A stretch of 61,945 bases of DNA, filler included. It is 7 parts of 7 records of this genome, joined end to end, with 100 filler letters (N's around TTAATTAATTAA, not from the genome) between each part and the next. Parts side by side here need not be neighbours in the genome. Positions count along the whole stretch, not along the records: positions 6,145 to 11,794 come from SRR31147125_15868; positions 11,895 to 23,691 come from SRR31147125_15876; 5 more parts are not named here. One strand, written 5' to 3'. Of the stretch, positions 9,089 through 22,394 are shown piece after piece. Position 1 is the first letter of the stretch, and each line of letters opens with the position of its first letter. Both the position numbers and the translations under genes were made by a program. The notes under the pieces were generated by a model. The model was not told the origin of the DNA. It searched no databases and saw nothing but the letters and a program-made list of their open reading frames with translations.

Positions 9089-9532
9089 TTACAATTCATT
9101 AAAAAACTGAACAAACCACTCCCACCCAAACCTTGTCATTTTCCCCGCAAGTCTACCCGGTACATCTCCTTCAGATTTGTACCTAATATCAACTCCGACA
9201 ATAGGAATATTGTTTGAGATTGCACAATCAATCGCACAAAGAGTCAATGGATCCGTTGAAGTATGGGCTGAGACAATAATCATCACTCCGTCTGCTTTTA
9301 TAATAGCCTGTTCAATAATGGGCTTACACTTGTCTATTTTAAGCCCCTCACGATCAAAAGATCTAAACTCTAATGAAGGGTTCGAGTAAAGTTCCCATCT
9401 ATGTTTTCCATAGATGAGTAAATTCCTATATCGTATATCAGGCTCCGCACACTCCACAAATATTTTTTTATGGTCTCTAGGCGAACTTAGCTTCGATTTA
9501 TGTTTTCCCGTTACAACATTGTGAACGATCAT
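9089..9532 (-). CDS. ThsB/DUF1863-like TIR-fold protein with the catalytic Glu position altered
   Basis: KIFV..D.RYR, IIKADGVMIIVS..T, AI..NIPIVGV and W.W...FFN.L follow the ThsB-like TIR pattern. Confidence 0.6.
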   Translation of the reverse strand: MIVHNVVTGKHKSKLSSPRDHKKIFVECAEPDIRYRNLLIYGKHRWELYSNPSLEFRSFDREGLKIDKCKPIIEQAIIKADGVMIIVSAHTSTDPLTLCAIDCAISNNIPIVGVDIRYKSEGDVPGRLAGKMTRFGWEWFVQFFNEL

Positions 9533-9595
9533 GAGTAACTCGTTTCAGCCGGAGGCTCCATATTATTTCCTTATGGTCATTTTTTTTGTTCGACC

Positions 9596-10762
9596 TTAAA
9601 CATCATAGCGAACAAATTCGTGCGTACAGGGGGTACCGGCAGCAACAAGCATAGCCTTTTGATCAGGCAGCATGATAAACGACCCTAACGACTCAGCTTG
9701 TAATCCCGGTGGCACAGCTGGGTCCGGGTGACGACAAATAGCGTTAGGATACCCTTGGTGGTCGGTCAGTGCACTACCAATGGTCTCGGGTGTGAGTCTT
9801 CCAATCAACCCTGTGGCCAATTCATTCATACGTGCGGCGCGGGCTTGGCTATCTGGAAAGATCATTTGATATCCGTCAACGGCTTGGAAACGCGGAGTTC
9901 TGTAGTTGTTGGCATGAGTTAGAAAGCCGTCACTGGGTAGAAGAACCTCATAATCGGCTAGAGTACTTTCAAAGCAAAGGAGGCCGCCTTTGTCATCTGC
10001 CAACGTGACCGCGACGATTCCTCTGCAGGCTTCTACCAGTATCTGACGAGCCTTATTTATATCAGTCTGTCGCATGGCTCGTGACAGATAGGCAGCCATA
10101 GGAATTTTGGGATTAAGATTAGGTTGCATCGCAGCAACACCATTTAGGCAGCAAGCCAGGCCGGAAGAGTTAATAGTGTATTCACCTATTCCAAGTATGG
10201 GCAGTACTAATTGACGTAATCCATCACTGCGTTTTATGTGTATGAGTGCAAGGGGGCTACCAGTAAACCAATCGATATTTTGTCCCATGATAGATTGACC
10301 GTTTGGAGTTGCCAATCCGGTACCTGCCAGAGTAGTGCACATAGCCGCCAGATTTGAGTTTACAAAAAGTAACTCTAGGCCGCACCGTGTCGTCCACGCT
10401 TCTTCCAGGCTCATCCCTGAACCTTTTGCCTGACCACGGACAAAGGGTTCCAGCTCAGGGTCGAACTGCGTAGCCGCTGGCCACAACTTCATTGCAAATG
10501 CCAGGGCCTCCCTACGTGATGTCCTATGCACATAATTAATCACGGTCAATATTCGGTCCAAGCCTTGGTACATATTGTCGGCTAAGGTTTGCCCCCAGCC
10601 CTCTCCAACCTCAGATGGCGTACCTGTCAACTCAATTAATGGCATTCTTATATTCTTTTTCATTGATGAATCTCCCCAAACAGGTTGCACCCAACTCGTT
10701 ATCGCGGCCATCCCAGCCAGTTGTAAGAATTGCCTTCTGTTGAAGTTGTAATTGGGCATCAT
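9596..10762 (-). CDS. C45 family Ntn-hydrolase (acyl-CoA:6-APA acyltransferase-like) with Tat signal
   Basis: NRRQFLQ Tat motif; autocleavage CTT, GQNIDW, INSSGL..CLN, LTHANNY, ICRH. Confidence 0.85.
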   Translation of the reverse strand: MMPNYNFNRRQFLQLAGMAAITSWVQPVWGDSSMKKNIRMPLIELTGTPSEVGEGWGQTLADNMYQGLDRILTVINYVHRTSRREALAFAMKLWPAATQFDPELEPFVRGQAKGSGMSLEEAWTTRCGLELLFVNSNLAAMCTTLAGTGLATPNGQSIMGQNIDWFTGSPLALIHIKRSDGLRQLVLPILGIGEYTINSSGLACCLNGVAAMQPNLNPKIPMAAYLSRAMRQTDINKARQILVEACRGIVAVTLADDKGGLLCFESTLADYEVLLPSDGFLTHANNYRTPRFQAVDGYQMIFPDSQARAARMNELATGLIGRLTPETIGSALTDHQGYPNAICRHPDPAVPPGLQAESLGSFIMLPDQKAMLVAAGTPCTHEFVRYDV

Positions 10763-10834
10763 TTTGTCTGTCCTTGATTTTGTGTAAATTATTTCTTGGT
10801 ATGTCTTCTTCTTGCTTGGCTTGTAGACAAAAAC

Positions 10835-10863
10835 ATGTTACATACATACTGTATGTATGTCAA
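10835..10863 (-). promoter_or_regulatory. Sigma70 promoter of the C45 gene overlapped by a perfect palindromic operator
   Basis: TTGACA (10863-10858), 17 bp, TAACAT (10840-10835); palindrome ACATACATAC-T-GTATGTATGT at 10840-10860. Confidence 0.8.
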
Positions 10864-10872
10864 GGGGATTAA

Positions 10873-11478
10873 ATGGAGAAAATGGAACAGTCAGAGAATA
10901 AGCAGGAAAAGCGTAGTCGACTCACCACCAGGCGACTTCTCACCGAAGCAAAGCGCTTGTTTGCTGAGCATGGCTTTGCGGATGTTTCTGCTGAGCAGAT
11001 CGTAGCAGCTGCCGGAGTTACCCGAGGAGCCCTGTATCACCATTATGATGGTAAAAAAGGGCTATTCCGCGCGGTACTTGAACTGGTTCAAGCTGAAATC
11101 GAACAACGGGTGAAAACAGCAGTAGAGAGAGTCCAAGATCCTATGGAGATGCTTATTGCCGGAAATGACGAGTTTTTGGCCGCATGCCTTGATCCTGGTT
11201 TGCAACGTATTTTGCTTGTTGATGCACCGGCAGTTCTGGGCTGGGAAGAATGGCGTGCGGTTGACGAAGACCACGTACAAAGGAAATATCGTGCCTTTTT
11301 AGCCCAACTAATCGAAGATGGAGTGCTTAAACCTTACCCTGTTGATGCTCTGGCCCATATCATATCAGGTGCAGCCAATGAGGCCGCTTTCTGGGCGGCT
11401 CGGACAGACGACCCGGAATTTGCCCTGGCTGAAGCTCAAATAACTATGGCTGAGATGATCCGATCATTAAGTACCTGA
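10873..11478 (+). CDS. TetR/AcrR family regulator
   Basis: LFAEHGFADVSAEQIVAAAGVTRGALYHHY helix-turn-helix. Confidence 0.95.
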   Translation: MEKMEQSENKQEKRSRLTTRRLLTEAKRLFAEHGFADVSAEQIVAAAGVTRGALYHHYDGKKGLFRAVLELVQAEIEQRVKTAVERVQDPMEMLIAGNDEFLAACLDPGLQRILLVDAPAVLGWEEWRAVDEDHVQRKYRAFLAQLIEDGVLKPYPVDALAHIISGAANEAAFWAARTDDPEFALAEAQITMAEMIRSLST

Positions 11479-11495
11479 CCTGAAAATCGACAACA

Positions 11496-11794
11496 ATGAT
11501 ACGATCAGAACAGGAAACCATGAAACGAGAAAGCAAAAAATTCACCTTAAGGCCAGCCACTGTTCATGGCATAGACTGTATTTATGATCTGAGAGTCAAA
11601 AGCATGAAACCTTTATTTGAAGGAACTTTGGGATGGAATGAGGCCAAAGAGTTCGAAAAGGCTACTGATGAACTGGCAAATGCAGAGATAGTAATGATCG
11701 GGAATAGGAGAGTCGGGGTCATTAAGGTGATCCCCGGAGCGGATGAATTACATTTTCATCAAATACAAATTCTTCCAAAATATCAAAAAGGGGG
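11496..11794 (+). CDS. GNAT family acetyltransferase, 3' truncated
   Basis: FTLRPAT.. and IQILPKYQKG (start of motif A). Confidence 0.75.
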
Positions 11795-11894
11795 NNNNNN
11801 NNNNNNNNNNNNNNNNNNNNNNNNNNNNNNNNNNNNNNTTAATTAATTAANNNNNNNNNNNNNNNNNNNNNNNNNNNNNNNNNNNNNNNNNNNN

Positions 11895-13109
11895 TTTTTT
11901 TGACGAGTCCGGTACGGCATTTGTGTATATTAATGAAGGCAAGATTAACGGCATTCAATATAGCGGTGTAAAAAAAACAAAAACATTTGTCATATCTCGA
12001 GAATTCACCCTGAATGAAGGAGAGCTTTTTCAATTAGTCAAAGCAAATACGGGATTAAATAACGTTTATGGAACAGGACTTTTCCGCTCTGTTAGCCTTA
12101 AAACAGTTAAGGATAAGAATGAGTGGAAAGTAGATCTGGATTTGCATGAAAACAGATCCAATGTTTTAAGATTAGGAAGCCGTTATGATGATGAAAGAAA
12201 AATAAAAGGCTTTATTGAGGTTTCTGATGAAAATATTTTAGGCACGGGAAATGAATTTACAATTCATGCTCTATATGGAAATAAAGATCTCAATGCATAT
12301 TTGGATTTTCGGGCTGACAGAATATTTAAGACATACCTGACAGCAAATTTTAATTTACATCATAACCGGGGAGAATACTTTACTTATGGTAAAGTAAACT
12401 CTAATTCTATTGGAGAATATGAACGGAGAGCCACCGGTTTTTCTTTAAGTGTTGGGCAACAAATTGAGAGATTTGGCACGTTGTCCGGAATAATGAAAAG
12501 TGAACAGATAAATGTCAGGAGTATATCTGGAATAGGATATGATACTGGCAAATTATTAATAAACACACTTGGCTTCAACACTCTTGTAGATACAAGAGAT
12601 CAGGTTCCTTTTCCCAGGAATGGAAAATTCCACAAATTCTTTTACGAGGTTTCTTCAGGTACTTTACTTGGAGGAGATATTTCCTATTTTAAAGTAGCCA
12701 GTCAGTTATCCGGATTTCGTACATTCGGAAGGCGACATACAATCAGCCCTAAAGTCATATGGAGTACATCAGATCTGACAACTCCTTTCTCCGAACAATT
12801 CAGAATAGGGGGAGAGAGTCTTTTTATGGTTTGAGGGAGGGAGAGCTTCAAGGCCGTCATCTTATATTGGCGAGCCTGGAATATCGTTATTTTATACCAT
12901 GGAATTCAATCATAGATATATATTTATCAGCGCGTTATGATGGCGGGGCCGTTTGGGAGAATGCTATTGAGGTGGATTCCAAAGACTTTATTAATGGAAA
13001 AGGGTTAGCTATTACTTTTAAAACGCCGTTAGGACCTATTTCTTTTGCTTATGGTCGTGCAAGTAATCAAAGAAAGCGTTTCTATTTTTCTGCTGGTTAT
13101 ATTTTTTAA
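11895..13109 (+). CDS. Omp85/BamA-TamA family outer-membrane protein, 5' truncated, one frameshift near 12810
   Basis: POTRA-like start, ENILGTG, DTRD..FPRNG, FRIGG..FYGLRE, TPLGPISFAYG and a C-terminal YxF; split over ORFs 11923-12834 and 12759-13109. Confidence 0.8.
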
Positions 13110-13110
13110 T

Positions 13111-13866
13111 TTAATCTAAATTCTGATCCATTTTTAAATCCCACTTTACCCAATCTGTTTGTTCATCTTGATCTGTGCTGGCAAAATTTCCTTGATAGGA
13201 TATTTGACCCTTTTTATCGATTTTTAATTGCTGCATACTTTTAACAATAATAGCCCAGTCTTCCAAACTCACTTCTCTTGGTCCGGGAATTTCCCGTGGT
13301 CCTTCAATTTCATAAGGTTCTATAGATTTCGGGGTGAGATCTGCTTCGGGAGCATTACTCACAACAACTTCACCTTTGTAGACTTTAAGCAAGGATGAAG
13401 AATCAGATTCCACACCTAATCGAAGTGTCGTTCCGGTTATGGCAGCAACAGCAACCGGTGTTTCTATACTCAAATTTAATTTGTTTTGTTTATTGCCTAT
13501 ATTCGCCCACAAATCCCCGTTTTGCAATTTTATTCTTGATTCAATAACGTTTTCTTTTGTCTCTTCGTAAAGTTTGAGAATATCAATAATGGTTTTAGGA
13601 GCCATTCTGATTTTATCTAATTTTGCAATATCGACTTCAGCGCGAGACTTTGTAAATGTCCTAACTCTTTCCCCACTGGTCACTTCGGCATTTTTTACCA
13701 CAGCAGACCATGCCTCCTGATCCAGCTTTTGTTTTCTAACGGCCCCCTCAACATAGGTAACCAGGCCTTTTGAACTTTGAATAACATCAGAAATGGCGAG
13801 ATAATAGAAGGATAAGATAAAAGTAAGAATAAAGAGCAGGTATAGCTTTATTTTAGCGGAAAACAT
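13111..13866 (-). CDS. FecR-domain exported protein
   Basis: Signal peptide; GERVRT..SRAEV, IETPVAVAAITGT, VYKGEVVV. Confidence 0.8.
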   Translation of the reverse strand: MFSAKIKLYLLFILTFILSFYYLAISDVIQSSKGLVTYVEGAVRKQKLDQEAWSAVVKNAEVTSGERVRTFTKSRAEVDIAKLDKIRMAPKTIIDILKLYEETKENVIESRIKLQNGDLWANIGNKQNKLNLSIETPVAVAAITGTTLRLGVESDSSSLLKVYKGEVVVSNAPEADLTPKSIEPYEIEGPREIPGPREVSLEDWAIIVKSMQQLKIDKKGQISYQGNFASTDQDEQTDWVKWDLKMDQNLD

Positions 13867-13911
13867 AAGAAGCCCCTCCTTTAATTCAAATGAAAATAAT
13901 ACTCTCTTTTT

Positions 13912-15060
13912 TTAAGAATATTTACCATTTGAAAAGAATTTAGCGAAAACAAGATCACCAAGTTTTACAGCTTCCTTTGAATACGGATCTACATGTCTTT
14001 TTTCCATTTCCCAGTCGATTAATTGCTTAGCATCTCTCCACTTGGATACTTTATCAACTCTAACAAGAAAGTCCTTAAAGGCTATTTCATTTTTCCTGAA
14101 AATTTTTCTAACAAATGTTTTTTTATCCTTTTTTTCTATACTTTCAAAAATGGAAGGATAAGGGCCTGGTGGTTGACGCTCTATTCGTTGACGTTGTACA
14201 ATAATGCCAGTATCATCTTCAAAAATAATTTTTGGGAAGATAACTTGCTTCTTTACCTTAATTGTTTCTTCAATTTCTACTTCAGCTTCATCTAATAGCA
14301 ATGCAAAAATAGATTTAATGTCTTCTAAAAGCCATTGATTTTTACCATATTGGCTTTTTGTTTTCACAACACTGGCAGCCTGCTCAAGTCCTCTGGAAAC
14401 TAAAAAAGCATAAACATAATTTACATCTATATAATTATTCTCGGAAGAATCTTCAAAAGAGAATAACTTTTGTAAAAGTTTATATTCTTTTAGTAAATAT
14501 TCAAGATGACAATTGGTATAAATTTCTTTTAGAACTTTTTGGGAGATAATTTTATAATTTAAGCGATCAATTTCAGTAAAATCTGATAGTTCGACCTCTT
14601 TAACCAATTTTTCAATCAGCGGAATATCTGCACCTATCTTTTCAACAGATCTAATAAAAACATTTTTTTCAAATCTGTCCGTGGTTTTAAAAAACACGGC
14701 TTCCAATGTCTGAATTGGTCTTATAAGAAGATCAAAACGTATTTTTATGGAATTATAGATGCATAATTTTACTTCTTCTCGGTCAAGGCGGACGCTTTTC
14801 AATAGCGCAAGCATCAGTCTTTCACCTGCTTCCTTGACATCAACGTCATCAAAGTCAATACTCGCGTCAAAATTCCACGATATTGGCTTCTCAGCTTTAA
14901 GTCGTTTTCGTGCAAGTGAAATGATGCTGTCCTTAACAAATTGAGGTAATGTTTCGTGTAAAAGATGACGGCAAGTAATAAATTCCTTACCATTCACACT
15001 TTTTTCGATCAATACCTCAGCAATCCTCCTCTTCCCTTCCTCAAATCCCTTCGAATGCAA
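13912..15060 (-). CDS. Hypothetical protein (382 aa)
   Basis: Long ORF co-oriented with gyrA; no recognisable catalytic motif. Confidence 0.7.
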   Translation of the reverse strand: MHSKGFEEGKRRIAEVLIEKSVNGKEFITCRHLLHETLPQFVKDSIISLARKRLKAEKPISWNFDASIDFDDVDVKEAGERLMLALLKSVRLDREEVKLCIYNSIKIRFDLLIRPIQTLEAVFFKTTDRFEKNVFIRSVEKIGADIPLIEKLVKEVELSDFTEIDRLNYKIISQKVLKEIYTNCHLEYLLKEYKLLQKLFSFEDSSENNYIDVNYVYAFLVSRGLEQAASVVKTKSQYGKNQWLLEDIKSIFALLLDEAEVEIEETIKVKKQVIFPKIIFEDDTGIIVQRQRIERQPPGPYPSIFESIEKKDKKTFVRKIFRKNEIAFKDFLVRVDKVSKWRDAKQLIDWEMEKRHVDPYSKEAVKLGDLVFAKFFSNGKYS

Positions 15061-15182
15061 GATAAGCTATCCTCAATTTGTATATACTGCTTCTACAGAA
15101 TGTGCCCCAACATATTATAATATAAAATGATCTAGATTAAAAGAAACAATAATTCTCATAATATTAAAAAAAATACGTAAAA

Positions 15183-17603
15183 TCATTTTACTTTTATATC
15201 CTGAAAAATCAAAGCCTTAACAATTTCATCCCCTTTGGCAATATTAACAATGACAGAGCCTGAAGTAGCTCTTCCCATCATCCGGATATCTTTAGCTTTT
15301 TGTCTTTTTCGTTTTGCTTTTTTTGTGATAAAATGAACCTGATCCCGTTGTTTTACTTGCAAAATAGCGGCCACGTTACCTGTTTTTTCCGAAATTTTAT
15401 AATTAACAATTCCTTTACCACCTCGTTTAATAGTACTATACTCCTTCAAGTCACTACGTTTTCCATAACCCAGGTTTGTTACAGAAAGGATTGGATCATT
15501 TTTTCCGGATAAAACAATCATGCCTATGACAAAATCATTTTTATCAAGTGTTATACCTTTAATACCGCCTGCTGCCAGGCCCATATCCCTGACATCTTTT
15601 TCAGAAAAACAAATGGCTTTGCCTGACGCAGTCGCAATTAAAATTTCATCTTTCCCTGATGTAACACAGGCATTGACAAGCTCGTCATCCTCTTTGAGCC
15701 CAATTGCTGCTCCATATCCCTCTTTGGATTTAGAAAAATCGATAAAGGACACTTTTTTAACCAGCCCGTTTTTGGTTACAATAAAGACATATTTTTCTTT
15801 AATAAATTTAGAAACTTCAATAAAATTAACAATTTTGTCATTTTTAATAGTGCGAACGAGTCTAGGCAGTAATTCGCCATTCTCTCCATTTTGCGCCTGA
15901 GGTATATAACTGGTTCTCACTCTATAAAAGTGACCTTTGGAAGAAAAACACAAAATATGATGGCTGTTTGCCGATAAAAAGATGTATTCTGAAAAATCTT
16001 TAGTATTGGCAAATGAGAGGGAAGAGGAATTATTTTTATAATCTGACAGTAAAATTCTTTTTATAAATCTATCATGGGATATAGCAATAACCATTTCATC
16101 TTCATTCATCATCTGCTTTAATGATTCCGTTCCTGCCTTTTTATATATCTGCGTTCTTCGAGCATCACCATATTTTTCTTTTAGAGCCAGCAATTCATCC
16201 TTAACGAGTTGCATCCTTCTGGATTTACTGGCAAGCAGAGATCGTAGTTTTTCTATCAGTTTAATAATCTGCAAATATTCTTCTTCTATTTTCTTTCTTT
16301 CCAAGCCGGTTAAGCGTTGTAATCGCATATCAAGGATAGCCTGGGCCTGAATTTCAGAGAGTTTGAAAGTCTTTATCAAATTTTTACGGGCACTATCCAC
16401 ATTTCGGGATTTTTTAATGATAGCAATAATCTCATCAATGTTATCCAGAGCAATTTTAAGGCCTTCGAGTATATGAGCTCTTTTTTCAGCTTTATCCAGA
16501 TCAAATTTAATACGTCGAAGTACAACATCATGACGAAACTCGAGAAAGTCCATTAACATATCTTTAATGCTCATAACTTTGGGCTGGCCGTTTTCCAAAG
16601 CTAAAAGAATAACACCAAACGTTGTTTGCATTTGCGTATGTTTATAAAGACTTTTTAGTATTAGTTCAGCATTTTCATCTTTACGAAGTTCAAAAACAAC
16701 TCGCATACCTTCGCGATCAGATTCATCACGAATATCTGTAATACCGTCCATCTTTTTATCGCGAACGAGTGCGGCTGCTCGTTCTATCAGAGAACTTTTA
16801 TTAACCTGATATGGAATTTCTGTGACTACAATTCTCTGCCTGGAATTGTGCATATCTTCAATATGGGCACGGGCGCGAACAAGTAGTTTTCCTCGTCCCG
16901 TTTTAAAATAGGAATCAATGGTATCTTCATCCTGAATGATCGCACCTGTTGGAAAATCCGGGCCCTGTAAATATTTACGCAAACTTTCCGGTTTTAGTTT
17001 GGGATTATTTATCAATGCCGCCAGTGCATCTACAACCTCTGATAAATTATGCGGTGGAATATTCGTCGCCATACCGACAGCGATACCAGAGGCACCATTT
17101 ATAAGTAATGAAGGAAGAAGAGAAGGCAAAACAGAGGGTTCTTTTAGGGAATTATCAAAATTGGGTACAAAATCAACAGTATCCTTTTCAATATCTCTCA
17201 AAACCTCTTCTGCAATCTCTGCCAGTTTTGCTTCCGTATACCTCATTGCAGCAGCAGAATCACCATCAATTGATCCGAAATTGCCCTGACCATTTACAAG
17301 AGGGTAGCGCAGAGAAAAATCCTGAACCATTCGAACCATAGCATCATAAACGGCTGTATCACCATGGGGATGGTATTTACCTAAAACTTCACCTACAATA
17401 CGAGCACTTTTTTTAAATTGAGATGATGGTCTCAATCCTAAATCTAACATCCCATATAAAACTCGACGATGAACGGGTTTTAAGCCATCTCTAACATCGG
17501 GTAGTGCGCGCGAAACAATTACTGACATGGAGTAATCGATATAAGAGTTTCGCATTTCTTCTTCTAATATTATGGGGACTATTTTTTCTTTTGAATCAGG
17601 CAT
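15183..17603 (-). CDS. gyrA: Type IIA topoisomerase subunit A (GyrA-type, GyrA-box degenerate)
   Basis: [28 protein letters not shown] (catalytic Tyr), beta-pinwheel C-terminal domain. Confidence 0.93.
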   Translation of the reverse strand: MPDSKEKIVPIILEEEMRNSYIDYSMSVIVSRALPDVRDGLKPVHRRVLYGMLDLGLRPSSQFKKSARIVGEVLGKYHPHGDTAVYDAMVRMVQDFSLRYPLVNGQGNFGSIDGDSAAAMRYTEAKLAEIAEEVLRDIEKDTVDFVPNFDNSLKEPSVLPSLLPSLLINGASGIAVGMATNIPPHNLSEVVDALAALINNPKLKPESLRKYLQGPDFPTGAIIQDEDTIDSYFKTGRGKLLVRARAHIEDMHNSRQRIVVTEIPYQVNKSSLIERAAALVRDKKMDGITDIRDESDREGMRVVFELRKDENAELILKSLYKHTQMQTTFGVILLALENGQPKVMSIKDMLMDFLEFRHDVVLRRIKFDLDKAEKRAHILEGLKIALDNIDEIIAIIKKSRNVDSARKNLIKTFKLSEIQAQAILDMRLQRLTGLERKKIEEEYLQIIKLIEKLRSLLASKSRRMQLVKDELLALKEKYGDARRTQIYKKAGTESLKQMMNEDEMVIAISHDRFIKRILLSDYKNNSSSLSFANTKDFSEYIFLSANSHHILCFSSKGHFYRVRTSYIPQAQNGENGELLPRLVRTIKNDKIVNFIEVSKFIKEKYVFIVTKNGLVKKVSFIDFSKSKEGYGAAIGLKEDDELVNACVTSGKDEILIATASGKAICFSEKDVRDMGLAAGGIKGITLDKNDFVIGMIVLSGKNDPILSVTNLGYGKRSDLKEYSTIKRGGKGIVNYKISEKTGNVAAILQVKQRDQVHFITKKAKRKRQKAKDIRMMGRATSGSVIVNIAKGDEIVKALIFQDIKVK

Positions 17604-17717
17604 CTTTAGCGTATCTATTTTTTATAACTATTCGTAAGTATAAGGACTAATAATTTATATTTTAATCAAAAGAAAGAAACTATATCTTTCAATTATTCTT
17701 ATTAATATATTATAAAT

Positions 17718-19661
<1,944 letters not shown>

Positions 19662-19697
19662 TTAGGACAATAATAATTTTGGAAAATCATACTATAT

Positions 19698-19988
19698 TTA
19701 ATGAAAACGAATATCTTTGATAATGTTTTTACCGATAGTATTATCAATTTTTTTTAAAATTTCCATTTTATGAAACAAAAGCTCAGTGCGCCAGGTTGTG
19801 CCTTTCACTTTTACATAAAGAATTTTCTCAAAAACACGTTCCGCTTTTGCTACTTTACTAATTTTTTCACCCACTATATCAGGCCATAAATCAATTATCT
19901 GATAGGATTTTACTTTATTTTCAACACCTAACTGGTTTAATAATGAATTTATAGACTGGCCAAGAGTTTTAAATGATGATTTTGACAT
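19698..19988 (-). CDS. dciA: DUF721/DciA family helicase-loader protein
   Basis: WPDIVG..I...A..L.V.V....WRTEL pattern; canonical position between recF and gyrB. Confidence 0.85.
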   Translation of the reverse strand: MSKSSFKTLGQSINSLLNQLGVENKVKSYQIIDLWPDIVGEKISKVAKAERVFEKILYVKVKGTTWRTELLFHKMEILKKIDNTIGKNIIKDIRFH

Positions 19989-19989
19989 A

Positions 19990-21109
19990 TTATACTTTTT
20001 TCACCTTACCGGATTTAACCATAAAAACATTTTCATGAGAGCCAGTCTGTAATTTTTCAAGTGCAGAAAAATCAAATGACGTTCCAGTAATAAAAGCCTG
20101 GCAATCAGCAGAAAACAAATCTAGTACATTTTGACCACGTTCCTTATCCAGTTCAGCATACAAATCATCAAGTAACAACATTGGTTCTGTTTCTGTTTTT
20201 ATTCTCAGAAAATCAACCTCAGCAATTTTCATACTAACAAGAGCACTTTTATGTTCACCGCGGGAACCAAATACCTTTAGATTTTTATCTCCAATAAGAA
20301 AAATAAACTCGTCGCGATGTGGACCTACCAGGGTTGTACCTTGCAGTTTTTCTTTATGAAAATTTCTTTTAAATGCTCGCTCAAAATTATGTTTAATCAT
20401 ATCTTTATTATCAAAACTTACATTTGGTGCATAAACAACACGCAAGGATTCTGAAGATTTTGATATGGTTTCGTAATAATTTGTCACTTTTTTATTAATA
20501 TCATTAACCACATCATATCGAGCCTTCATTAAAAATTCGCCACGCTTTATTAATTGGCTATTCCAAATGTCCAGCTCATTTTTACTTTCGTTTTCCTTTT
20601 TTAAGATTTTTGATAATATAATATTTCTTTGTTTTAAAATTCTCTCATATTCTTTTAAATTATTCATATAAAGGGATGAACTCTGGGATAACATAATATT
20701 AAAAAAACGTCTGCGTTGGGAAGGTGGTCCATCCGTAATAGAATGATCAATTGAAGACAGAGTTACAATAGGAAAAAGACCAATTAGTTTTGAAAACTGA
20801 GCCAGATTTTTTCCATCAACATGTATTTTCTTACCTTTTATAGGCAGGTATTGAATTGCAACACGTCGAGCAATTCCTAATTCATCAATAAATTTTCCAT
20901 CTATTGAAAAGTAATCTTCCCCAAATGGTATGAGTTCACCATCATTACGAGTTCGAAAGCTCTTTGCAAGACATAATATATATATTGCTTCAAGAATATT
21001 TGATTTGCCCTGAGCATTATCTCCAAAAAAAGGTCTTTGCTTTATTAAAATTTAATTCAATTTCTTTTAAATTTCGGAATTTGTTAATGGATATTTTTTC
21101 TAAATACAC
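19990..21109 (-). CDS. recF: DNA replication/repair protein RecF, with a frameshift near 21025-21032 (probable sequencing error)
   Basis: GTG start gives MYLEKISINKFRN; then Walker A GDNAQGKSN in the shifted frame, GPHRDE, GSRGEHK, LLLDD. Confidence 0.9.
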
Positions 21110-21225
21110 AAGGCAAAAAGAGTTAAAAATGTATTGGATATAATAATCATTTAATCCTAAACGAATTTCAGATCGATTTCACTTTCAAATTAAATTGTAA
21201 AACACATCAAAAATATCAGTAGCTA

Positions 21226-22377
21226 TTATTCAGAATCAACATTTTCATTTTCTGTTGTTTCTTCATTTATTCTGATTGGCATGAGCAACAAAATAACATC
21301 TTCATTTTCATTTTGAGTAGAAGGATGAACAATAGCAGCACTAATACTGTCTTTTACATCAAATACAACATCCGGAGTATCCAGGTGTTTTAATATATCC
21401 AAAAGGTAAGAGGAATTATAACCTATTTGTAGCCAGTCTCCGTTAAAAGAGATAGGAATAACCTCTTTTCCTTCCGCACCAAATTCAATATCTTCGGATT
21501 TGATGGTCATCTCATTCGGAGTCAAAATAACTCTTACCTGGTGAGTTAAGGAATTCGAAAAAAGAGCAACTCTTCGCAAAGCTGAAATAAAAAGATCTCT
21601 ATCTACATGTAGTTGCTTATCATTATCAGTTGGAATAACTCTCTCATAATTCGGATAGGTTCCACTGATAAGTTTTGAGTAAATGAGTGCGTTTTCCAGT
21701 TTAAAAACAATATGATCCTCATTTGTTTGGATAGTAACACTTTCATCACTATTTAAATTTCTTAACAGTAAATTTAAAGTTTTTGTTGGAATGATTAATT
21801 TTCTCTGATTTTCTTCAGAAGCAGAGAAATTCTTATAATTCATTCTAACCAATCTATGTCCATCAGTGGCCACAAAACGGAGTTCGTTTTGGAAAATTTC
21901 CATATTGATACCGGTGAGTGCCGGTCGCATTTCATCGTTGGAAACGGCAAATCCTGTTTTGTCTATAATTCTTTTAACGACCTGTCCATCCAGAGAAAAA
22001 ACAAATTCTCCTTTTTCAATATCTATTTTTGGAAAATCTTCTACAGATTGAGTGGATATTTTGTATGTACCTTTATCTGTACTTATAACGATTTTATTTC
22101 CATCTTCAGAGGAAATGTGCAATGGTACATCTGGCAATTCTCTCACAATTTCTGATAAAAGTTTTGCAGGTATTGCAACAGATCCATCTTCAGAACCTTC
22201 AACAGGGAGGGAGGTACTAACAGAAATTTCCAGATCTGTACCGGTCATATTTAAAAGATTGTCTTTTAAATCTAATAATATACAGGATAATATAGATATA
22301 GTCGTTTTTTGAGGAATCACGCCTATTATCTTGAATAGAGAATTATAAAATTCAGATTTGGAAATTGTAAAATTCAT
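21226..22377 (-). CDS. dnaN: DNA polymerase III beta clamp
   Basis: TGTDLE, VATDGHRL, YPNYERVIP, LLMPIR. Confidence 0.97.
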   Translation of the reverse strand: MNFTISKSEFYNSLFKIIGVIPQKTTISILSCILLDLKDNLLNMTGTDLEISVSTSLPVEGSEDGSVAIPAKLLSEIVRELPDVPLHISSEDGNKIVISTDKGTYKISTQSVEDFPKIDIEKGEFVFSLDGQVVKRIIDKTGFAVSNDEMRPALTGINMEIFQNELRFVATDGHRLVRMNYKNFSASEENQRKLIIPTKTLNLLLRNLNSDESVTIQTNEDHIVFKLENALIYSKLISGTYPNYERVIPTDNDKQLHVDRDLFISALRRVALFSNSLTHQVRVILTPNEMTIKSEDIEFGAEGKEVIPISFNGDWLQIGYNSSYLLDILKHLDTPDVVFDVKDSISAAIVHPSTQNENEDVILLLMPIRINEETTENENVDSE

Positions 22378-22394
22378 TTGATCCTCCTGTATAT

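Noticed and set aside
19990-21109. recF and other split genes (Omp85, PLC, GH3, aldolase, HTCS, kinase) as pseudogenes or programmed frameshifts
   Set aside because: Single-base shifts, mostly at homopolymers, occur across unrelated contigs with otherwise intact motifs. Sequencing error is the simpler explanation.
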